A stretch of DNA of 64,000 bases from an uncultured Gemmatimonadales bacterium (GCA_963730185.1 CAVSQW010000010.1:1-64000); one strand, 5' to 3'; numbered from the stretch's first letter, positions 52,387-63,200 are shown. Notes: generated by a model not told the origin, from the sequence alone. Program-made: numbers and translations.

Positions 52387-54969
52387 CTACCGGGCGGCGG
52401 GCTGAACCCGGCGGGTCCCCGACGACGCCTGCTGCTGCGCGGCCGCTCGGGCCCGAACCGCCCGCGCGTCGGCGCCCGGCCAGCGACGCTCGATGTAGAG
52501 CAGCACCGGCGCGGCGATGAAGATCGACGAGAAGGTGCCCGTGAAGACGCCGAAGAACATGATCAGCGAGAAGGGCCGGATCACCTCGCCGCCGAACACC
52601 GCCAGGGCCAGCAGGGTGGCCAGGGTGGTCCCGTGGGTCAGGATGCTTCGCGGCAGGGTCTCGTTGATGGACCGGTTCAGGATCGAGACGAAGTCGTCCC
52701 GGCGATGCTTGTGCAGGTTCTCGCGCACCCGGTCGAAGATGATGATCGTGTCGTTGAGCGAGTAACCGACCATCGTCAGGAAGGCCGCCACCACCACCAG
52801 ACTCACCTCGAGCCGCATCCCGGCCGTGAAGGCGATGGTGGTGACCATGTCGTGGGCCGTCGCGATCACGGCCGCCAGACCGAACCGCCACTCGAACCGG
52901 TAGGCCAGGTAGGCCAGCACGGCGAAGAACGAGAGGAAGATGGCCAGGAAGGCCTGCCCCCGGAGCTCGCCGCCGACTTTGGCGCCGACCGCCTCGGTCC
53001 GGGTGATCTCGAACTTCCCCGTCCCGACGACCTGGTCGAGCCCCTGCCTCACCGCCTCCTGGGCCGCCTGGGTGTTGTTGGCGTCGGCCTGGGTGTCGCC
53101 CACCCGGGCCCGGATCACGAAGTCGTTGCCGTCCCCGAACCGCTGGATCTCGGCATTCTTGATTCCGGCCGCGTCGAGCCCGGACCGGAGCTGGTCGTCG
53201 CCCACGTTGCCGGTGGTATGGACCTGGATCAGGGTGCCGCCGGTGAACTCGACGCTGTAATTGACTCCCCGGATCAGCAGGAAGGCGAGCCCCACGACGA
53301 TGATGGCGCCGGTGACCGCGTAGGCCTTTTTGCGGACGGCGATGAAGTCGTACTTGGCGTTGTGGAAGAGCCGGAGCTTGCCGACGGAGAGCGCGGTCAT
53401 GTCGGGCCGGCGCTTGAGCCACAGCATGTAGAACGTCCGGGTGACGAATACCGCCGTCACCAGCGACGCGAAGATGCCGACGATCAGGGTGACCGCGAAG
53501 CCCTTGACCGGCCCGGTCCCGAACTGGAAGAGGAACGCCGCCGTCAGGATGGTCGAGATGTTGGAGTCGATGATCGCCGGCATGGCATGCTTGTAGCCCT
53601 CGTCGACCACCAGCCGGACCGTCTTTCCGAGATCGAGCTCCTCCCGCATTCGTTCGAAGATCAGCACGTTGGCGTCGACCGCGATGCCGATCGAGAGGAC
53701 GAAGCCCGCCAGACCCGGCAGGGTCAGGGTGGCGTCGAAGAGCGAGAGGGTGCCGAAGGTGAACAGGGTGTAGAGCACGAGGGCGAGGATCGCCAGCAGG
53801 CCGCTCATCGCGTAGTAGCCGGCGATGATCAGGATCACGAGAATCGTGCCCACCACGCCGGCGACGATCCCGCCCCGGATCGAGTCCCGGCCCAGGCTCG
53901 GACCCACCGTCCGCTCGTCGACGATCTTGAGCGGAGTCGGCAGGGCGCCCGCTCGCAGGGTGAGCGCCAGGTCCTGCGCCTCCTGGAGCGACCGTCCGCC
54001 CAGTTGGATCCGGCCCCGCCGATCGATCCGGCTCTGGATCACCGGCGGCCGTCCCTGCACCTCGCCGTCGAGCAGGATGGCCATGTAGTCGTTGACGTGC
54101 CGCCCGGTCTCCTGGCCGAACTTCCGCGCCCCGGCCCGGTCCAGCTCGAAGTTCACCTCCGCGCCGTTGGTCAGCGGATCGACCTGGGCCTGGGCGTTCA
54201 CCAGGCTCGAGCCGGTAATGATCGGCTCGGCGTCGAGGGCATAGAGGAGGCGATACTGCTCGACCCCGACGCTGACCGGCTCCGCGGCCCATTTGAAGTC
54301 GAGCCCCCGGGGCCAGAGCTTCCGGACCTCGGGCAGGTGGAGCAGGCTGTCCACCCGGTGCCAGGCCGTCTCGCGCACGGCGTACTCACCCGGCATCGCC
54401 TGGACGCCAGCCGCGCCGTCCGGCTGGATCAGGTTGCTGAGTGCGCCGCCGGTGATCTGAGTCGAGTCCGCCGCCTGGGTCGAGTCCCCACCCAACAGCT
54501 GCTGCACCGCCGAGGGCTTCTCGGCGCTGGGCCCGCCGGTCACACCCATCTCGCGAAGGGCTCGGTCCATGGCCGGCAGCGCCTTCTCGAGCGCCCGGTT
54601 CTTGTCGGTGATCCGGAACTCGAGGAAGGCGTTTCGCTGCACGATCGCCTTGGCCCGCTCCGGATCCTTGAGGCCCGGCAGCTCGACCACGATCCGGTCG
54701 GCGCCGACCTTCTGGATCAGAGGCTCGAGCACGCCGAACTCGTCGATCCGCTTCCGGAGGACGGTCAGCGCCAGGTCGATGTCCTTCGAGGGATCGGCGG
54801 AGACCCGCTTGGACTGATCGAGCTCCAGCGCCAGGTGGGTTCCACCCTGGAGATCGAGCCCCAGGTTGACCGGCGAGTCCACCTGCCGGTAGTTGTCCCA
54901 CAGGAAGAACAGCGCCCCGAGGACGAGGATGCTGATGACGATCAGTCGATTGCGCAGATTGGTGAACAT
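52387..54969 (-). CDS. secDF: Fused protein translocase subunit SecD/SecF
   Basis: LGLDLQGG, VGPSLG, GIAVDANVLIFER (SecD), then FTGGT, GYSLNDTIIIFDRVRE (SecF) in one ORF. Confidence 0.95.
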   Translation of the reverse strand: MFTNLRNRLIVISILVLGALFFLWDNYRQVDSPVNLGLDLQGGTHLALELDQSKRVSADPSKDIDLALTVLRKRIDEFGVLEPLIQKVGADRIVVELPGLKDPERAKAIVQRNAFLEFRITDKNRALEKALPAMDRALREMGVTGGPSAEKPSAVQQLLGGDSTQAADSTQITGGALSNLIQPDGAAGVQAMPGEYAVRETAWHRVDSLLHLPEVRKLWPRGLDFKWAAEPVSVGVEQYRLLYALDAEPIITGSSLVNAQAQVDPLTNGAEVNFELDRAGARKFGQETGRHVNDYMAILLDGEVQGRPPVIQSRIDRRGRIQLGGRSLQEAQDLALTLRAGALPTPLKIVDERTVGPSLGRDSIRGGIVAGVVGTILVILIIAGYYAMSGLLAILALVLYTLFTFGTLSLFDATLTLPGLAGFVLSIGIAVDANVLIFERMREELDLGKTVRLVVDEGYKHAMPAIIDSNISTILTAAFLFQFGTGPVKGFAVTLIVGIFASLVTAVFVTRTFYMLWLKRRPDMTALSVGKLRLFHNAKYDFIAVRKKAYAVTGAIIVVGLAFLLIRGVNYSVEFTGGTLIQVHTTGNVGDDQLRSGLDAAGIKNAEIQRFGDGNDFVIRARVGDTQADANNTQAAQEAVRQGLDQVVGTGKFEITRTEAVGAKVGGELRGQAFLAIFLSFFAVLAYLAYRFEWRFGLAAVIATAHDMVTTIAFTAGMRLEVSLVVVAAFLTMVGYSLNDTIIIFDRVRENLHKHRRDDFVSILNRSINETLPRSILTHGTTLATLLALAVFGGEVIRPFSLIMFFGVFTGTFSSIFIAAPVLLYIERRWPGADARAVRARAAAQQQASSGTRRVQPAAR

Positions 54970-54993
54970 CGTCGCCACACCACCGCGTCGGCC

Positions 54994-55938
54994 TCAGGCC
55001 GTCGCTTCGTTAGGGTTTCGGCGCCCCTCACGGCTCAGGATCCGTCGGGCGGCCTGCCCGTCCTGGTCCAGCTGCGCCCGGAGCTGCTCCAGCGAATCGA
55101 ATTTTCGCACGGCCCGAAGCCATGCCACCCACTCCATCCGGACGACCCGCCCGTACAGGTCGCCATCGAAGTCGAACAAATGGGCCTCGAGCCACCGGTG
55201 GGTATCGCCCACGGTCGGTCGAGGGCCCTGGTTGAGCATCGCGTTCGCCACCCCACCACCCCATTCCACCCGCACCGCGTAGACCCCGTCGGGCGGGAGC
55301 AGCTTCCCCGGGGGCGGTGCCACGTTGACGGTGGGCACCCCGATCGTCCGGCCCCGCTGGGCGCCTCGCGCCACCCGACCACTCACCCGGTACGGGCGCC
55401 CCAGGCCGGCCTCGGCGGTCGCGAAATCGCCGGCCTCGACGGCGGCCCGAATCCGGCTGCTCGAGACCGGCCCGCCGCCCGCCCCCGCCACCGGCGCCAC
55501 CACGTCCACCGCCAGCCCCAACCGCTCGCCCAGGGCCGGTAGGGTGCTGGCGTCGGCCGCCCGGCCCCGGCCGAAGCCGTGATCGTGTCCCACCACCAGC
55601 TCGCGCGCCTGACACCGCTCCACCAGCACCCGCCGGATGAACGCCTCCGGCTCCAACGCCGCCAGCGCGGCGTCGAATCGGAGCACGAAGGCGTAGTCCA
55701 GCCCCGTCTCCGCCAACAGATCGGTCCGCTCGCCTGGACCGGTCAGCCGGGGCGGCGCCGAGCCGGGCTTGAGCACGGCCATCGGATGCGGCTCGAACGT
55801 CACCAGCACCGCCGCCCGCGACCGGGCCCGGGCCCGCCGCACCACCTCGGCGATCACCGCCTGGTGGCCGAGGTGGACGCCGTCGAAGGTGCCGACCGTA
55901 ACCACCGAGCCGTTGGGGAGCGGCGGCAGGTCACTCAT
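54994..55938 (-). CDS. ribF: Bifunctional riboflavin kinase/FAD synthetase
   Basis: GTFDGVHLGH, VSSSRIR, GRTIGVPTVN, EAHLFDF.GDLYG. Confidence 0.95.
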   Translation of the reverse strand: MSDLPPLPNGSVVTVGTFDGVHLGHQAVIAEVVRRARARSRAAVLVTFEPHPMAVLKPGSAPPRLTGPGERTDLLAETGLDYAFVLRFDAALAALEPEAFIRRVLVERCQARELVVGHDHGFGRGRAADASTLPALGERLGLAVDVVAPVAGAGGGPVSSSRIRAAVEAGDFATAEAGLGRPYRVSGRVARGAQRGRTIGVPTVNVAPPPGKLLPPDGVYAVRVEWGGGVANAMLNQGPRPTVGDTHRWLEAHLFDFDGDLYGRVVRMEWVAWLRAVRKFDSLEQLRAQLDQDGQAARRILSREGRRNPNEATA

Positions 55939-56788
55939 CCGTCGCCAGCACCACCACCGGCTGCCATCGGCCCCGCCGTTCCTCCGCCACTGCGAGCAAT
56001 CGTCCCTCGGTCAGCAACGCGGCCCGGCCACCCTGAGCCACCTCGCTCCCCACCGCCCGGCCGTGGGCGATCGCGGCCACCTCGTCGGCCGTCAGCTCGA
56101 CCGGCGGAAGCTCGGCCACCAGCTCGAGCGGCGCCAGGAGCTGCTCCGTCCCGGTCAGGGCATCGAGCCGGGCCGCCCGCCCCACGTCGAACGCGCCGAC
56201 CCGCTCGCGGCGGAGGGCCGTCAGGTGGGCCCCGATCCCCAATCGCTCCCCGAGGTCGCGCCCGATCGCCCGGAGATACGTTCCCGGGCCGACCCGGCCG
56301 AGAAATCCGACCATCGGCGGCTCGTACGCCACCAGCTCGAGCCTGTGGACCGTCACTGGCACCGGCGCGAGCTCCGAGGCGACGCCCTGCCGGGCCAGCG
56401 CGTAGCTCCGCCGGCCAGCCACCTTCTTGGCCGAGAACGCGGGCGGCACCTGCTCCTGCTCGCCGACCAGGGTCGCCAAGGCCCGCTCCACCTCGGCCCG
56501 GGTCGGCCACGGCCCTTCGTGCGCCAGGCCGACCGGCTCGCCGGTCGCGTCGTCGGTGTCGGTTCGGACTCCGAGGCACGCGGTCGCGGCGTAGACCTTC
56601 TCGGTGGCTTCGACGAACCGCGCGAGTCGAGTGGCCCGCCCGATCACCAGCACCAGCAAGCCGGTCGCGAACGGGTCAAGGGTGCCGGTGTGTCCCACCG
56701 CCTTGATCCCGAACCGCCGGCGGACGGCGCCCACCACGTCGTGCGAGGTCATGCCTGCCGGCTTGTCGACGAGCAGGCCCCCGGTCAG
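55931..56788 (-). CDS. truB: tRNA pseudouridine(55) synthase (probable CTG start)
   Basis: LLVDKPAGMTSHDVV, GHTGTLDPFATG, GTYLRAI.RDLG. Confidence 0.93.
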   Translation of the reverse strand: MTGGLLVDKPAGMTSHDVVGAVRRRFGIKAVGHTGTLDPFATGLLVLVIGRATRLARFVEATEKVYAATACLGVRTDTDDATGEPVGLAHEGPWPTRAEVERALATLVGEQEQVPPAFSAKKVAGRRSYALARQGVASELAPVPVTVHRLELVAYEPPMVGFLGRVGPGTYLRAIGRDLGERLGIGAHLTALRRERVGAFDVGRAARLDALTGTEQLLAPLELVAELPPVELTADEVAAIAHGRAVGSEVAQGGRAALLTEGRLLAVAEERRGRWQPVVVLATDE

Positions 56789-57150
56789 GATGCGTCCTCC
56801 TCGCGATGGAGCTGGGCCAGGATCGCGTCGATCCGGGCCTGATGCTCGAGGCCCCGGTCCAGCCGAAACTCGAGCTCCGGCGTGATCCTCGTGGCCAGCG
56901 CCCGCGCCACCCGTCCCCGGAGGAACCCGGTCGCGCTGTTCAGACCCTCCAACGCCCGTTCCTGCTCCTCCTCGCTGCCGTGGGCCAGGACCGAGATTCG
57001 GGCGTGTCCCAGGTCCGGCGTCACCTCAACCCGGGTGACGGTCACCAGTCCGAGCCGCGGGTCGCGCACCTCCCGGAGCAGGGCGTCGGCCAGCACCTGA
57101 CGGATCTGCTCGGCCACCTGCCCGGGCCGGCGCCGGCCACCAGAAGGCAT
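56785..57150 (-). CDS. rbfA: Ribosome-binding factor A
   Basis: RDPRLGLVTVTRVEVTPDL, RITPELEFRLD. Confidence 0.94.
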   Translation of the reverse strand: MPSGGRRRPGQVAEQIRQVLADALLREVRDPRLGLVTVTRVEVTPDLGHARISVLAHGSEEEQERALEGLNSATGFLRGRVARALATRITPELEFRLDRGLEHQARIDAILAQLHREEDAS

Positions 57151-57159
57151 GGCCCCGGG

Positions 57160-60004
57160 TCAGGACGCGGCGCCGGCGGCGGGCGTCGCCAACGAGCGCT
57201 TGACCTCTTCGATCCGGTACGCCTCGATCCGGTCGCCGACCTTGATGTCGTTGAAGTTCTCGATCCCGATGCCGCACTCGAGCCCTTCCTTGACCTCCTT
57301 CACGTCGTCCTTGAAGCGCTTCAGGCTCGAGATGTTGCCGGCGTAGACCTGGGTCCCGTCGCGCACCACCCGCGCCTTGGCCGTCCGGTTGATGACCCCC
57401 GACCGCACCGAGCAGCCGGCGATCGTACCCACCTTGCTGACCTTGAAGATCTCGAGCACCTCGGCCTCGCCCAGGATGACTTCCTTCTCCTCGGGCTTGA
57501 GCAGACCCTCGAGCGCGGCCCGCACGTCTTCGACCGCCTCGTAGATGACCCGGTAGGTCCGGACGTCGACCTGTTCCCGCTCGGCCGACCCCCGCGCATT
57601 GGCGTCGGGCCGGACGTGGAACCCGATGATGATCGCGCCCGAGGCCTTGGCGAGGAGCACGTCACTCTCGGTGATGGCGCCGACGCCGCGGTGGATCACG
57701 TCCACCTGGACCTCGCTCGTGCCAAGCTGGGCCAGCGCGTCGGCCAGCGCTTCCGCCGGGCCGCCCTGGTCGGCCTTGATGATCAGCTTGAGCTGGCTCA
57801 CTTGACCGGCCTTGAGCTGGCGGCTGATGTCCTCCAGCGACGCCCCCCGCATGCTGCGGCGGTTCTGGGCTTCCCGGTCGAGCCGCTGCCGCTTCTGAGC
57901 GATGTCGCGCGCCTCGTTCGCCTCGCCGACGCAGACGAACGTGTCACCCGCCGACGGGACGCCCTCGAAGCCGAGCACCCGGACCGGGATCGATGGGCCG
58001 GCCGACTCGACCGAGTTGCCGCGTTCGTCGGTCAGGGCCCTGACCCGGCCCGAGTACTTCCCGCAGATGAAGTTGTCGCCCACCCTGAGAGTGCCCCGCT
58101 GCACCAGGATGGTCGCCAGCGGCCCCTTGCCGGGGTCGAGCGTCGCTTCGAGCACAGTACCGCTGGCCGGGGCGTTGGGGTTGGCCTTGAGGTCGAGGAT
58201 CTCGGCCTGGAGCAGCAGCTGCTCCAACAGGGCGTCGATCCCGGTGCCCTTCTTGGCCGAGATCTCGGCCGAGAGCACCTTGCCGCCGAACTCCTCGAGC
58301 ACCACCTGATGCTGCAGCAGGTCCTGCTTGACCTTCTGCGGATCGGCAGCTCGGCAGATCGATCTTGTTGATGGCGACGATCATCGGCACGCCGGCGTTC
58401 TTGGCGTGGCTGATCGCCTCGATCGTCTGCGGCATGACCCGGTCGTCGGCCGCGACCACCAGGACCACGATGTCGGTCACCTGGGCTCCACGGGCCCGCA
58501 TCGCGGTGAAGGCCTCGTGACCCGGCGTGTCGAGGAAGGTGATCTCCCGCTCATCGGGCAGGGTCACGTGGTAGGCGCCGATGTGCTGGGTGATGCCGCC
58601 GGCCTCGCCGGCCACCACGTTGGCCTTCCGGACGTAGTCGAGCAACGAGGTCTTGCCGTGGTCGACGTGGCCCATGATGGTCACGATCGGCGAGCGCGGC
58701 TCCAGCTTCTCGTCGGGATCCTGCTCCGGCTGCGCCAAGTCGGCCGCGTACTCGTCCTCCCGGACCGCCTGGAACCCGAACTCCGACGCGATCAGCTCGA
58801 TCTGGTCGAAGTCGAGGCGCTGGTTCACGGTCACCATCATACCCATTTCCTTGAACGCGAACTGCACGATCTGGGTCGCGGGCACCTTCATCAGCTCGGC
58901 CAGCTCGGAGACCGAGATGAACTCGTTGACCCGGACGCGGGTCTTTTCCCGCTCCCGTTCCTCGGCCGACTTGCTGGCCATCAGGTCGCGGTAGCTGGGC
59001 TCGTCCGAGCGGCGCTTGCTCCGTCCGCCGCCCTTCATCCCGGCCAGGGTCTTCAGGATGTTGGCCTGCACCACATCCTGATCCACGTAGTTCTTCCGGC
59101 TCTTCTTCCCCTTCTTCCGGGCCGCGGCCGATTTGGACGGGGCGTCGGGGCCGAAGCTCCGGGCGGGCGGGCCGCCGGGGCGGCTCCCGCCGCCCTGGCC
59201 GCCTCGGGGCACCACGGTGCTGGAGCTGAACACCGGACGGGGACCGCCGGCCGGGCGCTGCACCCGGGGCGGGATGAACGGCTGGCGGCCCGCCGGCGGC
59301 CCACCCGCTGGCCGGGCCGGACGGGGCCCCGCGGCCTGGGGCGGCCGGGGCCGCTCCACCGGGCGGGGTCTGGTCTCCGGCGGCGGAGCCGACGCCGACG
59401 CCGGCTTGCCCTGCGCTTCGGCCGGAGCGGCCTCGGTCGGGTTCGGGACCTCCGCGGTCGCCTGCTCTTCGGGCGCGGCCGGCGCGGCCTCGGGCACGGC
59501 CTCCTCCGCCTCCACCGCTTCTTCCCCGGCCGGGACCGGCGGCAGATCCTTGAACAGCGCGCGGGCCCGCTCCTCGAGCGTCGGCATCGGAGTGCCCGGG
59601 GCCACCTCGGTCCGGTCGAAGATCAGCGGCTTCGACTTCTCGAGCTCGAACGCCTCCGCCTCGGCGGCGGCCCGCTCGGCCGCGGCCTCTGCCTCCGAGA
59701 CCGCCACCTCGGCGGCGGTCCGGCGACGCTTGGTGGTTCGGGCGACGATGGCGGTCACGTCCTCGACCGGCTCTTCCTTCTTCTTCGTCGTCCGGCGGCG
59801 GGTCTTCTTCTTGGCTTCGCCGCCCTCGGCCACGGCCTTCCGCTTCTCCCGCTCCCAACGCAGGCGGATCGCCGCGACGTCGCCATCCTCCAGGGACGAT
59901 CCCGGTCCCCGGGCTACGACGTGCATGTCTTTGAGGAGCGCGAGCAACTGGTCGGGTTCGACCCCGAATTCGCTCGCCAGATCACGTACTTTCGTCTTGA
60001 CCAC
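57160..60004 (-). CDS. infB: Translation initiation factor IF-2 (apparent 1-nt frameshift near 58350)
   Basis: [16 protein letters not shown] and NKIDLP in ORF 57944-60004; the C-terminal domains ([21 protein letters not shown]) are in ORF 57160-58305. Confidence 0.95.
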
Positions 60005-60319
60005 TCAACCCTCCGTCGCCTGCTCACTGGCCGCCCGCACGATGCCGTCCGCGAGGGCCTGATCCCGCACGCCGACCACCATGACCGGGGGCTTTCCCAG
60101 TCGGGCCCCCAACTCCTGTGCCGGGGGACCCGCCACCCGGGGAACGCCCCGTGCCGTGGCCAGTCGCACCGTCTTTTCGCGCGCCCGCTGACTCGCGTCG
60201 CTCGCTACCACCACACACTTGCACTCACCCGCCTGGAGCGAGCGCCGCACCGCCTCGACGCCGACCATCGCCGTGCCTGCCTTGAGCCCCAGCCCGAGCA
60301 GGCCGATCACCCTGCTCAT
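60005..60319 (-). CDS. L7Ae/YlxQ family RNA-binding protein
   Basis: GLLGLG.KAG..VG, VVASDAS, ELGARLGK; located between nusA and infB. Confidence 0.85.
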   Translation of the reverse strand: MSRVIGLLGLGLKAGTAMVGVEAVRRSLQAGECKCVVVASDASQRAREKTVRLATARGVPRVAGPPAQELGARLGKPPVMVVGVRDQALADGIVRAASEQATEG

Positions 60320-61734
60320 TCCGGCCGCGCCGCGTCCTCCCCGGCCGGCGGGCCGGCCGCACCCTCCGTCGCGGCGGGCGTCGTCACCTCCGCCACCGCC
60401 GGGTCGACCGCCTCGGCCCCATCGTCCCCGTCGTCGCCGGACTCGTCGGCCGTCAGGTCGGACAGGAACGCCATCAACTCCTCGATCGTCTCCGGCGTCA
60501 TCCCCGGCACCTTGGTCACGTCCTCGCGCTCCAAGTCCAGGATGTCGTTCAGGGTCCGCAAGCCCGCGTTCCCGAGGATGCCGACCACCTCGACCGACAG
60601 CCCCTTGAGCTCCGAGAGCTGGACCTGGGAGACGATCTCTTCCTCCAGCGGCGCCGGGGCGAACAGCGGCCCTTCGCCGCCCCGCTCCAGCCACTCGCGG
60701 CTCGAGTAGAGGTCGATCTTCCAGCCGGTGAGCTCCGACGCCAGCCGGACGTTCTGCCCGTTCTTGCCGATCGCGAGCGACAGCTGGTCCTCGTCGACCA
60801 CCGCCTGGATCGTCTTGGTGTCCGGATCGGAGAACACCTTCGCCACCCGGGCCGGCGCCAGCGCCAACCGGGCGAACCGCTCCGGATCGGGCGACCAGGG
60901 CACGATGTCGATCCGCTCGCCCGACAGCTCGTTCACCACGGCCTGCACCCGGGAGCCCTTCAAGCCCACGCAGGCGCCCACCGGATCGATCGCGTCGTCC
61001 TTCGAAATCACCGCCACCTTGGTCCGGCTTCCCACCTCGCGCGCGATCGCCCGCACCTCGACGATGTCCTGCATCATCTCGGGCACCTCGAGGCGGAAGA
61101 GCGCCGCCACGAAGAGCGGATCGGCCCGCGAGAGCACCAGGCGCGGCCCCTTGGGAGTCTCCTCGAGCCGCTTGAGCACCGCCCGGATCGAGTCGCCCTG
61201 GTGGAAGTGCTCGCGATGGTTCTGCTCCCGATACGGGATGATCGCCTCCGCCTCACGGAACTTGTTGAGGATCAGGACGATCTTGCCCCGCTCGATCTGC
61301 TGGACCTCGCCTGACAGCAACTCACCGACCCGGTCGCCGAACTCTTCCCGGATCTTGGTCCGCTCGCCCTCGCGCACCCGCTGGATGATCCGTTGCTTGG
61401 CGGCCTGGACCGCCAGCCGGCCGAACTCGGAGAACGGCACGTCCTCTTCGAGCACGTCGCCCGGCTCGAAGTCTTCGTCCTCGTAACGGGCATCCTCGAG
61501 CGAGATCTCCAGGCTGAGATCCTCCACCTGCTCCACCACGTGCCGGAGACGGGTGACCCGAATGGTGCCCTTCAGCTCATCCACGTCCAGCTCGAACTTG
61601 ACGTTCGGGCCGAACTTCCGGATCAACGCCGCGTGGATGCCATCCTTCAGCAGATCGAGGAGATCCGCGCGGTCCAGCTGCTTGGTGTTCGTCAGCTCGC
61701 GAAACGCGGCCAACATCTCGGCGGAGCCAGCCAT
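60316..61734 (-). CDS. nusA: Transcription termination/antitermination factor NusA
   Basis: FGRLAVQAAKQ, FRLEVPE, DPVGACVGLKGSR, LAIGKNGQNVRLA. Confidence 0.96.
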   Translation of the reverse strand: MAGSAEMLAAFRELTNTKQLDRADLLDLLKDGIHAALIRKFGPNVKFELDVDELKGTIRVTRLRHVVEQVEDLSLEISLEDARYEDEDFEPGDVLEEDVPFSEFGRLAVQAAKQRIIQRVREGERTKIREEFGDRVGELLSGEVQQIERGKIVLILNKFREAEAIIPYREQNHREHFHQGDSIRAVLKRLEETPKGPRLVLSRADPLFVAALFRLEVPEMMQDIVEVRAIAREVGSRTKVAVISKDDAIDPVGACVGLKGSRVQAVVNELSGERIDIVPWSPDPERFARLALAPARVAKVFSDPDTKTIQAVVDEDQLSLAIGKNGQNVRLASELTGWKIDLYSSREWLERGGEGPLFAPAPLEEEIVSQVQLSELKGLSVEVVGILGNAGLRTLNDILDLEREDVTKVPGMTPETIEELMAFLSDLTADESGDDGDDGAEAVDPAVAEVTTPAATEGAAGPPAGEDAARPE

Positions 61735-61890
61735 CGCCACAACCCCCGGGGGTGTACTGGAAGCCCGCGCCTCCCGTCGGCGCGGTGCTGAGTTCGATTC
61801 CTGACGGACTTGGTTCGGGAAGCCCCGCGGAACCCGCACGGAAGGCACCCGGCAGTCTGCCCCGGGAGCCAGGGGAACTGCCAGGCTCAT

Positions 61891-61919
61891 AAACAAAAAT
61901 GTGGGGGAGCACCCCACAT
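61891..61919 (-). terminator. rimP-leader-like attenuator hairpin
   Basis: ATGTGGGG-TGCTC-CCCCACAT-TTTTGTTT on the minus strand, between a candidate promoter (TAGACC-17-TAAATT, 61960-61988) and nusA. Confidence 0.75.
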
Positions 61920-62045
61920 CCGTGAGCCAACCCATCCACCCCCCGCTCCCAGCCATGACAATTTAGCGTGCGCCCTGGCCGGGGTCTAGGCCCCCCTCCC
62001 TCGAGCGCCTCCGAGCCCCGTCCCCGGAGGCACCTTCCTCCGACC

Positions 62046-62408
62046 CTAGTTGGCCGTGTTGTCGACCGTGACGCCGATGCTGGCGACCCCGGTGTTCCCA
62101 GAGGTGTCCTCACCCTCGACCCGGAGCGCGTGAGGACCGTTCCCGGCGCCCCGCGTGTTCCAGTTGACCTGGTACGGTTCCGTCACCACGGAGTCGATCA
62201 CCTGGCCGTCCACCAGGAAGCGGACCTTGGCCACCCCGAACCCATCGAGCACCTGGGCCGAGAACACCACCGTCGCGGTGACCGTGGCGCCGTTCGCCGG
62301 CGTCAGGATCGCCACGATCGGAGCGTCGGTGTCGCTCTGCGTCCCCACGCTGCAACCCACCACGACCACCGCCAGGCTTGCGAGCCCAGCCAACCACGGA
62401 CCCCTCAT
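62046..62408 (-). CDS. Small lipoprotein with bacterial Ig-like domain
   Basis: Lipobox VVGC; P.V.I.TPANGATV, GVAKVRFLVDG, PY...WNT, NG.H.L.....D..GN. Confidence 0.8.
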   Translation of the reverse strand: MRGPWLAGLASLAVVVVGCSVGTQSDTDAPIVAILTPANGATVTATVVFSAQVLDGFGVAKVRFLVDGQVIDSVVTEPYQVNWNTRGAGNGPHALRVEGEDTSGNTGVASIGVTVDNTAN

Positions 62409-62456
62409 CGTCGTCTCCTCGAATGACCCGGCTCGAGCCGGGATCGATGTCCTGAA

Positions 62457-63200
62457 CTATGCGGCCGGAATCCCCAGGTACGCCACCATCCGGCCGTCGG
62501 TCCCCCGCGACCCCCGGTGGCTGAAGAAGGTCTCGTTCTCGTGGGCCGAGCAGCGAGGAGATGTGGAAATCTCCGCGACGCCGGCCGACTCAGCCTGTCG
62601 ACAAACGACCGATCTGAGGTCCAGGTACCCTGATGCCCCGTGGACAACCGGGGCGCCGCAGGCTTCCAGCACCTCGCTCCCCACCTGGTAGCAATCGCCA
62701 CAAATGCCTACGCCGCAATGCACTACAACGTTTTCCACAGCCGACCCGGCCCCCAACCTGAGGATCGCCAGACCGGCCCCGAGCATATCGGCGGCCGAGC
62801 CGCGCCAGCCCGAGTGGAGGAGCGCGACCGCCCGGGCCACCGGGTCGATCAGGTAGATCGGGATACAGTCGGCCACGGTCACGGCCAGCAGCAGGCCCGG
62901 TCGATTGGTAGCGTGCCCGTCGACGCCGGTGATCACCGTGACGCCCCGCCCCTCGTCGTGCCACCGCACCTCGGTCCCGTGGACCTGCCGGGCGGCCGCG
63001 ATACCCTCGAAGCCGAGCTCCTCGGTGAGCGCCGCCCATCGGCGCCGGACTTCGGCGCTCGCATCGTATCGGCGGAGGTCGAAGTCGGCCTCGTCGCCGG
63101 CAGCGCCCCGGGTGGTGACCCCGGCCACCACTCCGAAGCGCCGCTCCCAGTCCGCGAGAGGGACTCTCGGGATGAGGCCGGTGCCGCCTCCCGGTCTCAC
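62457..63200 (-). CDS. pgeF: YfiH/PgeF laccase-domain purine nucleoside phosphorylase
   Basis: [34 protein letters not shown]...GRM. GTG start overlaps the murA stop. Confidence 0.9.
   Translation of the reverse strand: MRPGGGTGLIPRVPLADWERRFGVVAGVTTRGAAGDEADFDLRRYDASAEVRRRWAALTEELGFEGIAAARQVHGTEVRWHDEGRGVTVITGVDGHATNRPGLLLAVTVADCIPIYLIDPVARAVALLHSGWRGSAADMLGAGLAILRLGAGSAVENVVVHCGVGICGDCYQVGSEVLEACGAPVVHGASGYLDLRSVVCRQAESAGVAEISTSPRCSAHENETFFSHRGSRGTDGRMVAYLGIPAA

Noticed and set aside
51569..54292. 907-aa ORF suggesting a large TatD fusion
   Set aside because: The upstream part is an off-frame read of secDF; TatD begins at ATG 52360.
58330..58370. Programmed frameshift or pseudogenisation of infB
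   Set aside because: IF-2 is essential and no slippery sequence is evident; a single-base sequencing error is the simplest explanation.
59100..59600. Pro/Ala/Gly-rich low-complexity stretch as a repeat element
   Set aside because: It is the normal variable N-terminal region of IF-2.
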